Shown: piece by piece, positions 25,255-38,500 of the stretch | Layout: every line of letters begins with the position of its first letter | Position numbering within the stretch: position 1 is the first letter of the stretch | Source of the DNA: Azolla caroliniana | Taxonomy: Eukaryota > Plantae > Polypodiophyta | Assembly: GCA_043228905.1 (NCBI GenBank) | Contig: JBHGNT010000020.1 | Span: 15,438,001-15,502,000, forward strand | Direction of reading: 5' to 3' | DNA length: 64,000 bases | Position numbers and translations under genes: made by a program | The notes under the pieces: generated by a model | What the model was told of the DNA's origin: nothing | What the model saw: only the letters and a program-made list of their open reading frames with translations | The model's database searches: none

Positions 25255-28200
25255 AGAGGGCTGCCAAGGCGTGGGGCCGAGACAGTCCGGACACTCGGGA
25301 AAGACCCCACAGCTGTACGATAGAACCGAAACCGAAGAAACCTTGTACGATAAGCAGGAAATTTTGCTTCTCCGACGACGGGGGATGTATGATAGTCGGC
25401 ATCGTTGGCCGAGAAAGGGCAAGGGCGGAGGAGCGACTTCGAGCGTGCGGAGTTCTCGGGCCGGACGAGGAAATCAGCGGAGCCGTGGAGGCGGTCTCCT
25501 TCGACGACACCTTGGGGATGCTGAGGAAGGTAGCCGGAGAAGACCTTAACGAAGACCGGATGATACCGGTATGTTCCGAAGAGATGTACGAAGTCATCGC
25601 GGACTTCAGTCAGGAGCTCGAGTCGGATCGGATGGCCCGAGTTAGCACGAAGTACAAGACTGTGGATCGGAAGGTAAGGCCGGTCGCGGCACCCTTACCG
25701 GAGGGCAGCGAGTCCCGAATCAGAGGGGTGGCGTCGGACCCCAGTTTACGAGATCCGGCCTGCATAGGACACACCTTCACCGACAGGACACTGCGGGAGC
25801 TCAGGATCGGTGGGGGCGGGTTCCTACTGCCGGCGGAGGAAGAACGGTTTCAGAGAATGCTCGGAAGGCACGGGAAAGCCTTCGCATTCTCACCGGAAGA
25901 GATCGGGTGCATAGACCCGACGATCGTGGAGCCGATGGTGATATTCACGGTACCGCATGTGCCGTGGAATCTCAAGCCGATTCCGGTACCGAGAGCTCAC
26001 ATCCCGAAGTTGATAGAGCTATTGAGGCAGAAAGTAGATATGGGTATTCTCGAACCGTCGAGTGCCCCATACTCGAACCGATGGTTTACCGTACCAAAGA
26101 AAAACGGAACGATGCGCTTCATTTAAGACCTGCAGCCGGTCAACAGAGTGACCATTCAGAACGCAGGAATCGGACCGACCATAGACGAGTTCGCGGAGGC
26201 CTTCGCCGGAAGGTCGATTTACTCGGTCGGTGATCTATACTCGGGGTACGACCAGTTCCAGCTAGTCGTGGAAAGTAGAGACATCATGACGATGCGAACT
26301 CCCCTCGGCCTAGTGCGGATGTGTACCCTACCACAAGGAGGGACCAACTCGGTGGCCCACATGGTGAATGCAATGAACAAGGTACTGAGGGATTGCATCC
26401 CGGACATCACCATGCCGTTTCTAGACGACATCCCGATCAAGGGGTGCCCGATGGAAGAGAAGGACGAAACACTCGGGCCGGACGGATGCCGGCGATTCGT
26501 GGCAACACACATCGACGACTGCGAGAAGGTGCTACAAAGGCTAGAGGATGCGAGGCTCACCTTCTCCGGGGAGAAATCGGCCTTTGGGCAATCGGAAATC
26601 CTGGTGGTCGGACACCTATGTGGACCCTATGGCCGGAAGCCGTCTCCGGCAAAGGTAGAAGCCATCTCCGCGATGAAGACCGACTGTAGCTCGGTTACAG
26701 AAGTTTGGAGGTTCCTGGGGGCATGCGCGTTCTACCACATATGGATCCCGCATTACCCCCACGCTGCGGAGCCACTATACGGGTTGCTGAAGAAAGGGCG
26801 AAAATTCGAGTGGCGAGACGAGCACACGGAGTCGGTCCGGAAGCTGAAGGAAGCTCTTGCGGCAGCACCGGCGCTCCGGAAGGCTGTCTACGAGAAGGGT
26901 ACCCCTGTATACATAACGGTGGATACGAGTCCGACCGGGGTCGGATGGGTCGTCAACCAAGAAGACGGGGGCAGCATTCGGTTCCCGATCCGATTCGGCG
27001 CGAAGGTCCTCAGTGAGCGACAGCGAGGGTACGCTCAGGTTAAACGCGAACTCTGGGGTATCGTTTCGGCAGTAAAGGCCGACAAAGACTACCTGATCGG
27101 GACGGAAGTGATTATCGAGAGGGATTGCCTGCCAATTCTCGGCATGGTTTCCGGATGCGCGACACCGGACCTGGCGATGCTCAGGTGGATAGCGTACATC
27201 AAGTCCCTGGACCCGGAAATACGACACATTTCCGGAAAAGACAACGCCATGGCCGACATGCTTTCGAGGGCGAGGTTTGATGACGAGGGCGACATGGTTT
27301 CGGAGGACGAAGAAGTCGGCGTGGACTTCTTCGAGGCAGCGTACGTAACGACCGATGGGACGAGCACTCCGGCACTTAACGACTTCAATGAGAGCAAGTA
27401 CGACGGCTAGTGGCTCCAGATCGGTGGATTTTTGAGGACGATGACGCCGGATGCGTCGTGGACGATGGACGAGGCCAACTGGATCCGGAAGAAAGCTTAC
27501 CGGTTCTTTCTCCGGGACGGATACTTATGGAAGCACCCGAAGAAGAGGAACGGCGTCCCGCTCCGGGTGGTGGCAATGAAAGAAGAACAGGAGGAGCTGC
27601 TGACGGGCTACCACGACAGCCCTTGGGCTGGACACCGTGGAACGTGGGCCACGTTCGAGAAGATAAAGGGGAAGTACTGGTGGCCGGGACTGTACCGGGA
27701 CGTGCATCGGTTCGTGACAACTTGCGAGAGCTGTCAGATGCACTCCATAGTCCGGCATCGGGACGAGCTTCACCCTACGTACCCTACGTACCCTACGTAC
27801 CCTCCGACCATCCACTTCAAATGGATGGTAGATCTGGTGACGATGCCGATGGGCGTAGGACAGATGCGGTATCTGGTCCTGGCTCGGGAAGATCTGACGA
27901 ACCAGATGGAAGGCCGGGCCCTTCAAAACAAAACGACCGCGGCCGTGTGTCGGTTCCTGATCGAGGACGTGATATGCCGGTACGGGTGCGTTGGGAAGAT
28001 CGTGGCTGATCGCGGGGAGTTGGACGCCGAAGAGGCCGAGGAGCTGTTCGACCGGCTAGGAGTCAAGCTCTCGCTTACCACTGTGTACAACCCGGAGGCA
28101 AATGGGAAGGTGGAGCGCGGACACGGACCGATCGTCAAGGCGTTAGTTCGGGCATGCGGAGGACAAGTCGGGAACTGGCCGCGACTGTTGCCTTACGCGT

Positions 28201-28767
28201 TGTGGGCGGACCGAACTACGCACAGTTCGGTAACCGGATTCATGCCGGCAGAGCTCATGTTTGGGCAGAAGCCGATCATGCCAATGGAACGTACGATATC
28301 CTCGTGGGCAACCGTGGACTGGAGAGACGAGATGAGCCGGGAGGAACTGCTGGCGGCTCATATACGACAGCTCGAGCGAAGACCGGAGGATGTGGAGCAG
28401 GCTGCGGAAAAGCTTCGGGTGGCAAGGACGAGGAACAAAGCCCGGTTCAAACGGAACGCACCGGCTCCGACCGAAGAAGATCGAGGAAGGCGACTGGGTG
28501 CTAGTCTACGACAACAGCCTTGACAACCAGCACCGAGCGACACGGAAGTTCGCAAGAAGGTGGTTCGGGCCTTACGTGGTACAAAGCGCCAACGACAACG
28601 GGACGTACCATCTGGCGGAACTCGACGGTACGAGAATGGCAATACCGGTAGCGGGGAAGTGGATCAAAGCGTTCAAGAAGAGTCACGACGACGAGTCGGA
28701 TCCGGTTGACCTGGACCGTGATGACGAACGATCCGAAACCGAGGAAGAACCGACGGGTGAGGAATGA
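25251..28767 (+). pseudogene. pol: Gypsy pol ORF2 (RT, RNase H, integrase) with stops and frameshifts
   Basis: RT: PYSNRWFTVPKKNG, DLYSGYDQ, LPQGGTNS, FLDDI. RNase H: VDTSPTG, ELWGIV, N.MADMLSR. Integrase: HxxxxxGH..CESC, DLV, DRGE, NPEANGKVER, WFGPY. Lesions at ~26124, ~27408 and ~28450. A 9-bp unit (PTY) is triplicated at ~27772-27800. Confidence 0.9.
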
Positions 28768-29594
28768 AGGCTGGACAGGTTTTCTCCGTCCCAACTCAAT
28801 TTGGCGCATGCCGGTGGATGCACGGTTAGGTGGGGGCGGATATCGTGAAGAAAACCGTCCGCAAGCGGAATCGGTGCACAGGAGCGTAGGAACCGGCGCT
28901 TCTCGAATGTTGTCCATAGAAGATCCTAGGCAGGTAGATTTAGTGGGTAGGAAGTAAAGGGGAAACGGCTCCTTCCTTGCCTATAAAAGGAGGGAGACGA
29001 GAAGGGGGATGGGATCGCGGAGAGTCGAGGACGAAGTGCTGTCGGTTTGGTGCGAAGGCTTCTCTCTCTCTCTCTCTGGTTCGCAAACTCCATAGCTTCC
29101 TTCTGTGCAGGTTTCGGGAGGCTCGCGCTGCTCTGAGGAATGCCCGAGTGCTTCCGGCAGCACCTCCAACCTGCTCCTGTCTTTCTGTGCGTTTACGAAC
29201 AGGCATCGGCATCTGTTCGCCGGCATGTTCGGTTGTAACCGACTTCGTGTTTTTGTTGCTTCCGTGTTCTTGTTGTTGTCTTTGTTAATACATACATACA
29301 TTCGTGTCTCTCTGTGTCGCTGTCCCACTCGCGTCTTTGTGTCGAAGGGCCGTGTCCCTGTGATTCTACGTTCGCACGTAGTGGGTCTCTTGTCCTTTCT
29401 CTCTTGCTCTTCTGTACAGGACCCCTGAGGTCCCACCTCATTCCACGCATCCGCGAGGAAAACCTCGACAACGTAAAAACATTAAGGACTACTCTCTATC
29501 TAATAATTTACATGTGTTACTTTTCATCTTTGGCTCTTGATCGGCTCCACAACTATCCGGCTCTAGCCGTATTGGTTACGACCATAGTATGAAT

Positions 29595-32500
29595 TGTTGA
29601 GAATCAAGCTCAACCTAGTCTATTGTGTGAACACACCCTTGAGAGTGTATGAACACTCAAAGGTCAAAAGTCACAACACTACTCTCTACACATTAACTAT
29701 GTGTCATAGAATCATATTCTATGACACATAACTAATGAGTTTCCACATTCCCCATGACCGATGAGCTTCGATAGTTAATGAAGAGAGAGGGTGACTATAT
29801 AAAGCACCCTCCTCCTACTTTGTAATGTGTCGGTTAATCTCCTTTGTAATATACATCTTCTTGAGTATTCTACTTTCTATCTTTCTTGTGTCTCTCTCCT
29901 CTTCTCAAACATACACACACACACACACAAAACACATCTCTAACCTATTCCGCTTCAAAAAATCATACCACGATTATTTACATGGTATCGGAGCGCTTTG
30001 GTAGCTCGATCTAGCCCATCCGCCTGTGTTGTGTCTACGCTGACAATTCAAAGAAATCCAGATCATCGCTATCGTAGTGCCACTACATAGCTCGTATTTG
30101 AAAGAGAAGGAAAAGAAGAAAGAAAACTACATCGACAGAATGAACACTCAAATGGGGAGCGCTCTCCCTAGCAAGAAGTTGGATAGAAACAACTTTGCAT
30201 CTTGGGAGTACAAGATGCACCAATACCTTTTCGGCCAAGGTTATTGGAGCTACATCAAAGGAGCACAAGAAAATTGACCCAACCCAACGACTCTTGAATA
30301 CTTAACATGAGAGCAAGCCGCAAGCCGAGTGATGTATTGCTTGGCGACATGTGTTCATGACCACATGCGTGGCTAAATTCGAGAAGCCAAGATGCCAAAG
30401 GAAGCTTTGGAGAATCTCAAGAAGATATTCTCAACCAATACGACGGCATGAAATCAACTCCGCCAAGAGTTGAACAACATCCAACAATGGGACATGTCCA
30501 TCACGAGCTACACCTTGAATATCAAGGAGCTTTGTGACTTGCTCGGCTAAATAGGCGTCAATGTGGATGATGATGAGATGGTACAAATATGCCTCAAGGC
30601 GGCCTCGCACCACGGTTGGGCGCGATGAGAACCGCCGTTCTAGGAAGGGAGAATCCTCCTTCTTTATTCGGTCTTCAATCAATGCTATTGGTTGAAGAAA
30701 ATCATGTTTGAACTAAGAGTAATGCCTCGGAATGCCACATGCTCTACACACACTTGGATGGAGGAAGATTACGTGGTCGAGCAAGAAGAGGTCGATTTGG
30801 CCAAGGACGAGGCGGACGAGCTCCAACCTATGAAAACAACCCCCAATTTCGGCAAGAAAACGGCAACAATCGAGGAACATTCGGAAGAAGGGGGAGCTTT
30901 CATGCCAGTCCAAGCTAACAAAACTCAATCGAATGTGGATATTGCGGCAAAATCGGCCACCATGAAGAAGAGTGTCAAAAGATGAAGCGTGAGTCGGCTT
31001 CCACAAGTTGTCAACTAACCAATTATGCCACCAACTCCGACTATGACAACCATGGTGGAATGTTCATGATTAGACATAGAGAAAATTCTATGTCGGCTTC
31101 TACTTCGACTAGTGCCTCCGGTGCTTCGAACCATATGACGTCTCATCAAGAATGGTTCCGAGACATACGAGAGCCGGATCGACCCGACTATGTCGAAAAC
31201 AGAGATGACACCACTCATCCAATTCAGCATGTCGGCAATGTCCTATTCGGGAAAGAAGGTGAACAAACTTGTATAAAAAATGTCTTGCATGTACCCACCA
31301 TAACAAGGAATTTGGTCTCGGTCGGCCAAATTGTGGAGCAAGGGTTGCAAGTTCGATTCAACCAAGGTGGTTGTTTCATCGAGAAGGAACACCGACTAAT
31401 TGCTCATGGTCGAAGGGAAGGATGAATGTTTATCCTCGAATTGAACGAGGTAAAACCAAACATGTTTGCAAAGGGCCTTAAAGCCGACACCGACATAGAG
31501 CTATGGCATAAAAGAATCGGCCATATCAATCTCAAACAACTCAAGGCGATGCAATCGAAAGGAGTCGTCATTGGACTTTAGACGTTCAAAGAGAAAGAAA
31601 TTGAAGGAGTATGTGGAGCATGCCAATTCGGCAAGCAACATCGGCACCCATTCCCGAAGGAGAGGAATGTGAGCAAAGGCCTATTGGACGTAGTCCACTC
31701 GGATGTGTTGGGACCATCACAGATGACCACATTCGGAGGATGACGGTACTAAGTTGCCTTCATCGACGACTTCTCTAAATACACATGGATCTTTGCCATA
31801 AGGATGAGGAGGGAAATGTTTTCACACCTCCAAAAATTCACAAGCGAAGTTGAATAGACAACCAACCGCCATGTACGATGTCTTCGGTCAAACAGAGGAA
31901 AGGAATACATCTCCGATGCGTTCACGGAATACCATCGACAAGAAGGAATTCAACGAGAATTCACTTGCCGACGCACACCGCAACAGAATGGTGTAGCTGA
32001 ACGCAAGAATCGGCACATCCTCGAAGTAGCAAGGGTCATGCTCAACGAGAAGCATATGCCCAAGTCATATTGGAGGGAAGCTACAAATACCGACGTCTAC
32101 CTCATGAATTGGTGCACAACATCCGGAGTGCACGAGGTCACTCCTCACGAGAAGTATTACATTGGAAAGAAGCCGGATCTATCCCATCTTTGGTTATTCC
32201 GCTCAATTGCATACGTGCACATCTGACGAAGAACAATTCCGGAAGAAGAAGTGTGAGTCGACTTCCACAAGCCGACAACTCACCAATTACTCCACCAACT
32301 CCGACTAATATGAAGACCATGTTGGAATGTTCGTAATGAGACATAGAGCAAACTCTATGTCGGCTTTTACTTCGACTAGTGCCTTCGGTCCGGAAGTTGT
32401 ATGGTTCGTCAACTCCGGTGCTTCGAACCATATTATGACGTCTCATCAAGAATGGTTCCGAACTTACAGGAGACGGATCAGCCCGGCTATGTTGAAACCA

Positions 32501-35500
32501 GAGATAACACTACTCATCCGATTCGGCATATCAGCAATGTCCCGTTCGGGAAAGAAGGCGAACGAACTTGCATCAAAAATGTCTTGAAGTACTGACCATA
32601 ATGAAGAATTTGGTCTTGGTCGGCCAAATTGTTGAGCAAGGCATGCAAGTTCGATTCAACCAATGTGGTTGTTTCAACGTGTATCCTCGTAGGGTACTCA
32701 TTGGAGCAAAAGGGGTACAAGTGCTTCAACCCCTCTATTCGGAAGGTTTGTGTAAGTCGGGATGTCATCTTTGATGAATCGACATCATGGTACGAACCTG
32801 AGCCGACTCCTCCCGAATCATTTCCAGTCGACCTGAACTTGGCGAACCAAGAGATAGAAGACGAAGATCAACTATGCCATATGTTCAAAGAAATTCCGAT
32901 CACGACCACGCTTAGTGGGCCACAAAAGCCTCGTAGCGACCAGAGCATATCTCGACCAAGTCCGAATATGGACAAAGGCAAGGCCAAAATGCCGGAATAT
33001 GAAGACGATCAATTTGACGGCAACGAATCGACTCACTCACTTGATAGTGAGTTTGGTGGCTTCGATGTACCCATCATGAGGTCACTAGGAGTTAAGAAAA
33101 CACTTACATCAGCAAATGAAAAACTTTGCCGCTCCACCTGAGAGAAGAATCCGTTTAGCGGATTTGGCTACAATGACTATATGGCATATCACTATGCCTT
33201 TATGATGAAGGTGGCAACAATTCGTGAACTGGAAAAAATTTCGGAAGCAGCCAAGGATCCACGAGGGGTCGAACCAATGAACCAGGAGATGCAGGCACTA
33301 TGCAAGAACGAGACATGGGATCTCGTTCCCCACTCACCACACAAAAAGGCAATCGGTTGTAGGTGTATTTACAAAGTAAATTATAATGTTGATGACTTTG
33401 TCAACCGCTACAATGCTCGACTCGCGCAAAAGGCTACGCACAAACACACAGTGTCGACTATGAAGAGACCTTTGCCCCAGTGGCAAAGATGACGACTGCA
33501 TGGACCGTGATTGCACTTGTAGCGGCAAAAGGGTGACACCTCCATCAGATGGACGTCAAAAACGCCTTTCTTCAAGGTAAATTAGAAGAGGAGCTCTACA
33601 TGGTAAAACGACCTGACTTCGAATCCAATATCCATCCGAAAGTAGTTTGCCGACTAAAGAAGCCACTCTACGGCCTTAAGCAAGCACCACGTGCTTGGCA
33701 TTCAAAGATAACACAATATCTTCATCAAATTTGCTTCCGAATATTAAAATCCGACAACTCCCTCTACATAAGAAGTGATTATGGAAGTCCGATTGTCATT
33801 ATCCTATAGTGGATGATCTGGTTTTTGGAGGTGAAAATGTAGTCAACATTAACAAGCTAAAGTCCCTCCTCTCCAGGTAATTCATGATGACGGACATGAA
33901 AGAGCTCCATTACTTCCTTGGCATCGAGGTAATTCGGACTCCAGCCAACATTATGATCTCCTAACGACACTACATCCTTAACTTGTTATACAAGTTCGGG
34001 ATGACCGAGTGCAAATCTATGGCAACCCCTCTCAATCAAAACCTCAAACTGGATGCCGACTCTAGCATGGAAGAGTGCAAGCCGACTTAGTATTAACAAC
34101 TGATTGGGAGCCTCATCTTTCTCACGATCACTCGACCCGACCTTAGCTACCCGGTAAGTCTTCTTAGCCAGTTCATGCAAAAACCACGTGACATTCACTT
34201 GGATTGCGCTAAGCGAGTGTTATGATATGTGAGCGGCACAATGGATTGTGGCATTCTATACAAGATGGCAATGCCAATCCGACTCGGAGGGTACACAGAT
34301 GCTGATTAGGCTGACTATAGAGCTGACCGCCGATTGACCTCTGGATTTGTTTTCTCCCTCAGCAGTTGAGCAATATCCTGGAGTAGCAAGAAGCAGCCAA
34401 CCGTCGCTCTTTCAAGCATATAGGCTGAATACAGGGGCACGGTTGTCGCTTCATGTGAAGCCACCTGGTTGAATCGAAATTTGAAGGATTTGGGTGTTCC
34501 CATCAAGGATACGTGTTGAGCGGCAAGCTCAACTGGAGCCGGATCGGCTGAATAAGCCTGAGCCGGCAAACGAGACGGATCGGTAAGCTGTGAGCAACCA
34601 AGCCGGCAAGCAACAGAGCCGGTGAGCTGGGGAGCCGATTAGCCGGATCCAATCAGTAACCGGAAGCCTAGTATTAATGTAGACTACTAGGCAATTATAG
34701 TCTCGTAGTAAGTGTCAGATGCTCGTGTGAGCATTGAAGTATGCGGTACTTCTGTCAGTCCCACGAGGACTTGTATAAATAATGCTACTAAGCATAGTTG
34801 TATGTACAGAGTGTTTTTATTGTTTTTGAATAGAGCCTTGAACTTCTGCGCTCTCTGTTTCTCCCGTGTACTCTGTGTATTCCCTACCTTCTCTATTTTC
34901 TAACGCTTCCGTAAGTAATCGTTTACATGGTATCGGAGCGCGAGGGTTGAGAACCTCCTCTGCAACCAACAAACGCTTGAAAGCAAACCCTAACAGGTCG
35001 TAAAACAGCAGACAGAGAAGTGATGGATAGAGGGATGGCTAGCTCGCTCCCTGTGGAGAAACTCGACAGATCCAACTATGCATCTTGGTCGTATAAGATG
35101 CACCAGTACCTGCTTGGCCATGGCTACTAGAGTTTCGTCGAAGGAGCCAATGAAATAGCACCTGATGCGGCTCATAAGGACTTCCCAGTGTGGGAACAAT
35201 CGGCAAGTAGAGTGATGTACTGCTTCGCGTCCAGTGTCGGAGACCAGTTGTTGAGCCACATCCGAGACGCCAAGACGTTGAAGGAGGCTTGGGGGAACCT
35301 GAAGAAGGTTTTCGCCATGAGCACTACAGCTCGGAAGCTGCAACTCCGACAGGAGTTGAGCAATGTCCGACAGAAAGACATGTCAGTGGCGGATTACAGG
35401 GCCCGGATCAAAGAGATCTGTGACTCGCTTGCCTCTATCAATGTTACCGTAGAGGAAGAAGAGATGGTATAGGTCTATCTTGGGGGCCTGGCGTCTAAGT

Positions 35501-38500
35501 TCAGAGCGTTCCGAACGACGGTGTGTACAAGGGAGAATACGCCGTCATTTTTCGACTTACAGTCAATGCTCCTTGTAGAGGAGAACCACGCCGATGCGTC
35601 AACTACCGCACCCATTGACATTTGGATGTTGTACAGGGAAGCGGATCGGTCCCGTGGGCGTGGTGGACAAGGCGGGTCGGCACGCAATGGAGGCGGCCGG
35701 CAAGACCAGGAACAAAGGCACAGAGAATGGGCCGACAACAGTTCCGGACCCTCCGGGAGCAGGGGGAGTCACGGCGGCACCGGAAGACGGCAAGAGAAGA
35801 CTACAACGGAATGTTGGTACTGTAGCAAAAAGGACCACAGAGAGAGCGAGTGCTGGAGAAAACGCGCCGATTTGGACAAATCCAGATCCGGCAAGGCCGG
35901 CAAGGATGGCCGGCAAAGCTCGTACTACGCGAAGGGATCGGGAGGATCCAAGAACGGTAACGGGCCAGCCTTCGTGATGAAGCACGAGGCGAACTTGATG
36001 AAGAAGACCACCTCCAAATCGGAGGAAGTGTGGTATGTTGATTCCGGTGCGTCGAACCACATGACGAACCACAAAGAGTGGTTCTCCTTTTTGGAGAAAC
36101 CGGATCAACCAGGAGTAGTCGAAACCAGAGACGACACTCCGCACCCAATTGTGCACGTCGGAGAAGTCCCTTTGAGCCACGTCGAACAGAAGGGGAAGCT
36201 AATGAACGTATTACACATTCCGACAATCACGAAGAACCTGGTGTCGGTCAGACAGATCGTCGACCAGGGGATGCAGGTGTGGTTTACGCACCTCGGGTGC
36301 TTCATCGGGGAAGAGGGTCGGTCAAAGAGACGGGAGGATGTTTATCCTCGACACCAATGACGTCGGCACCGCTCTGTTTGCAAAAGGACAGAAGGTCGAA
36401 TCGGACATCGACCTGTGGCACAAGCGGATAGGCCACGTCAATTACCGGAGGCTTCAAGACCTGCAAACGAAACAAGTTGTTTTCGGTTTGCCAAAGTTTA
36501 GCGGTCAGAAGGCCCAAGTATGTGAAGCCTGCCAACTCGGGAAGCAACACCGGCGGCTTCCATTCCCCACCGAACATAACTGGAGACGTAACAAGCATTC
36601 AAATGTGTGGGGACAGACACAGAATGTTAGTCTTGGCGGGAGTCGATATTTCGTCTCCTTCATCGATGACTATACACGGTACACATGGATCTACCTCATT
36701 GAGCGGAAGAGTGAAGTCTTTGAGTGTTTCCGGAGTCTCCAAAGCATGGTGGAATGGGAATCGGAGAGGAAGATCAAGTGCCTGCGGTCGGATGGTGGAA
36801 AAGAGTACTTTTCCGGCCAATTCAACAGTTATCTGCAGCAAAAGGGAATTCGGCGAGAGTTCAGCTGCAGATACACACCGCAACAGAACGGTGTTGCCGA
36901 AAGGAACAAATGGGTCGCTTATTCTACTGGGCGGAGGCAGTCCGAACAGTTGTCTACATCCAGAACTGGATCGGTGACAAGGTGTCAGCTCACGAGCTGT
37001 ATTTCGGGTGCAAGCCGAATTTGAGACACCTTAAGATCTTCGGTAGCATTGCATATGTGCATGTACTGGAAGAGAAGCGGAGGAAGCTGGATGCAAAATC
37101 GGAAAAATGCATCCTAATCGGCTATGCTCAAGAGCAGAAGGGTTATAAGTGTTATAACCCCCGGACAAAGCAGGTCCGAGTTAGTCGAGATGTCGAGTTC
37201 GATGAATCGGCATCGTGGTACTCCTTACCGGCTCCGACTTCCGAATCCGACCCGGTGCCAGTGGATGAGGCTAGTGAGCCTGAACCGGCCCAGGTAGAGG
37301 ATGATGAAGCGTGGACTCAAGATGAGAGTCTGGAATCGTTCCGGTTGAGCAGGCCAAACGAGAGACTGAGTCAATCTGACCAGTCCGATGAGGAACCGGC
37401 GAGTAGTGGAGACTCTGCCATGCAGTCTCCGCGCAAGGAACCGAGGCGACGGTTCACACGCAAAGAGAAGGGGAAGAAGAAGATGCCAGAATTCGAAACC
37501 GGCAACGATGAGTCAGATCAGTGTGCATCCGACTCTGGCAAGGAGAAAGGCGGATCTTCGGCAACGAAGACCGAACCGGCCAAGAAGGGCCTCAAACCGG
37601 GTAACAGTGAGTTACGTCAGTCCACCCGCTAGAAAAATCCCATCAAGCGGTACAGGTACAATGAGTACATGGCGCATCACTATGCGTACATGACTAAGGT
37701 GGCGGAAGTGCGTGAGCTAGAGAGCTACGCAAAAGCAGCCAAGGACGCAAATTGGCGTGCCGCTATGGAAGAAAAAATGCGGGCACTTGATGTCAACAAG
37801 ACATGGGACCTGGTTGACCCTCCTTGTCACTGTAAACCGGTCGGATGCAAGTGGATATACAAGGTAAAGTACAACGTCGACAGTTCTGCTAACCGGTATA
37901 AAGCCCGATTAGTGGCGAAGGGATACGCGCAGACCCACGGAATTGACTACGACGAGACCTTCGCTCCTGTAGCGAAGATGACGACGGTTTGAGTGGTGTT
38001 GGCGGTTGCTGCGGCAAGGGGGTGGCATCTTCATTAGATGGATGTGAAGAATGCATTTCTTCAAGGTGATCTTGAAGAAGAAGTCTTTATGACTCAGCCT
38101 CTCGGTTTTCAATCGGAGATGAACAAGTTGGCGGTATGTCGGCTGAAGAAGTCATTGTACGGCCTGAAGCAAGCCCCTCGAGCTTGGCATGCAAAGATCA
38201 CGCACCGGTTGCGTAAGATGGGTTTTGTGGCCTCCAAATCAGACTCTTCATTGTTCATTTGGCAAGGCTCAGCCGGTCCGGTATGTATACTACTGTATGT
38301 TGATGATCTAGTCATCACCGGACCGGGTCTTCCAGAAATCAAATGCGTCAAGTCCCAGTTGTTGGACGCATTTGAGATGAAGGATCTGGGGGACCTTCAT
38401 TATTTTCTAGGGATCGAGGTGATCCGAAACCCCGACGACATATTACTCTCACAACGACATTACGTCTTGAATATGCTGTACAGGTTCAGCATGACAGAAT

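Larger units (their letters stand above)
22455..29470 (+). mobile_element. Full-length Ty3/gypsy LTR retrotransposon (non-chromovirus, tRNA-Trp primed), mutationally inactivated
   Basis: 630-bp LTRs at 22455-23084 and 28841-29470 (about 10 substitutions by eye). PBS TGGTGAACCCGACGTGAA at 23088-23105. PPT AGGTGGGGGCGGA at 28828-28840. Flanks ATGT/ACGT. Domain order is gag-PR-RT-RH-INT with no chromodomain. Confidence 0.97.

Noticed and set aside
24166-27410. Gypsy in-frame stops as programmed readthrough or U-to-C-editable codons
   Set aside because: The stops are scattered and mostly explained by C-to-T decay of CAA/CAG/CGA in methylated DNA. True frameshifts are also present, and U-to-C editing is organellar.
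22455-29470. GC-rich segment as bacterial contamination or horizontal gene transfer
   Set aside because: It is bounded by LTRs with a plant tRNA PBS and a TSD and has a relative elsewhere in the window, so it is an endogenous retrotransposon.
22554-29592. Numerous overlapping or antisense ORFs in the gypsy and its LTRs
   Set aside because: They are expected by-products of GC-rich TE sequence and show no recognisable domains.
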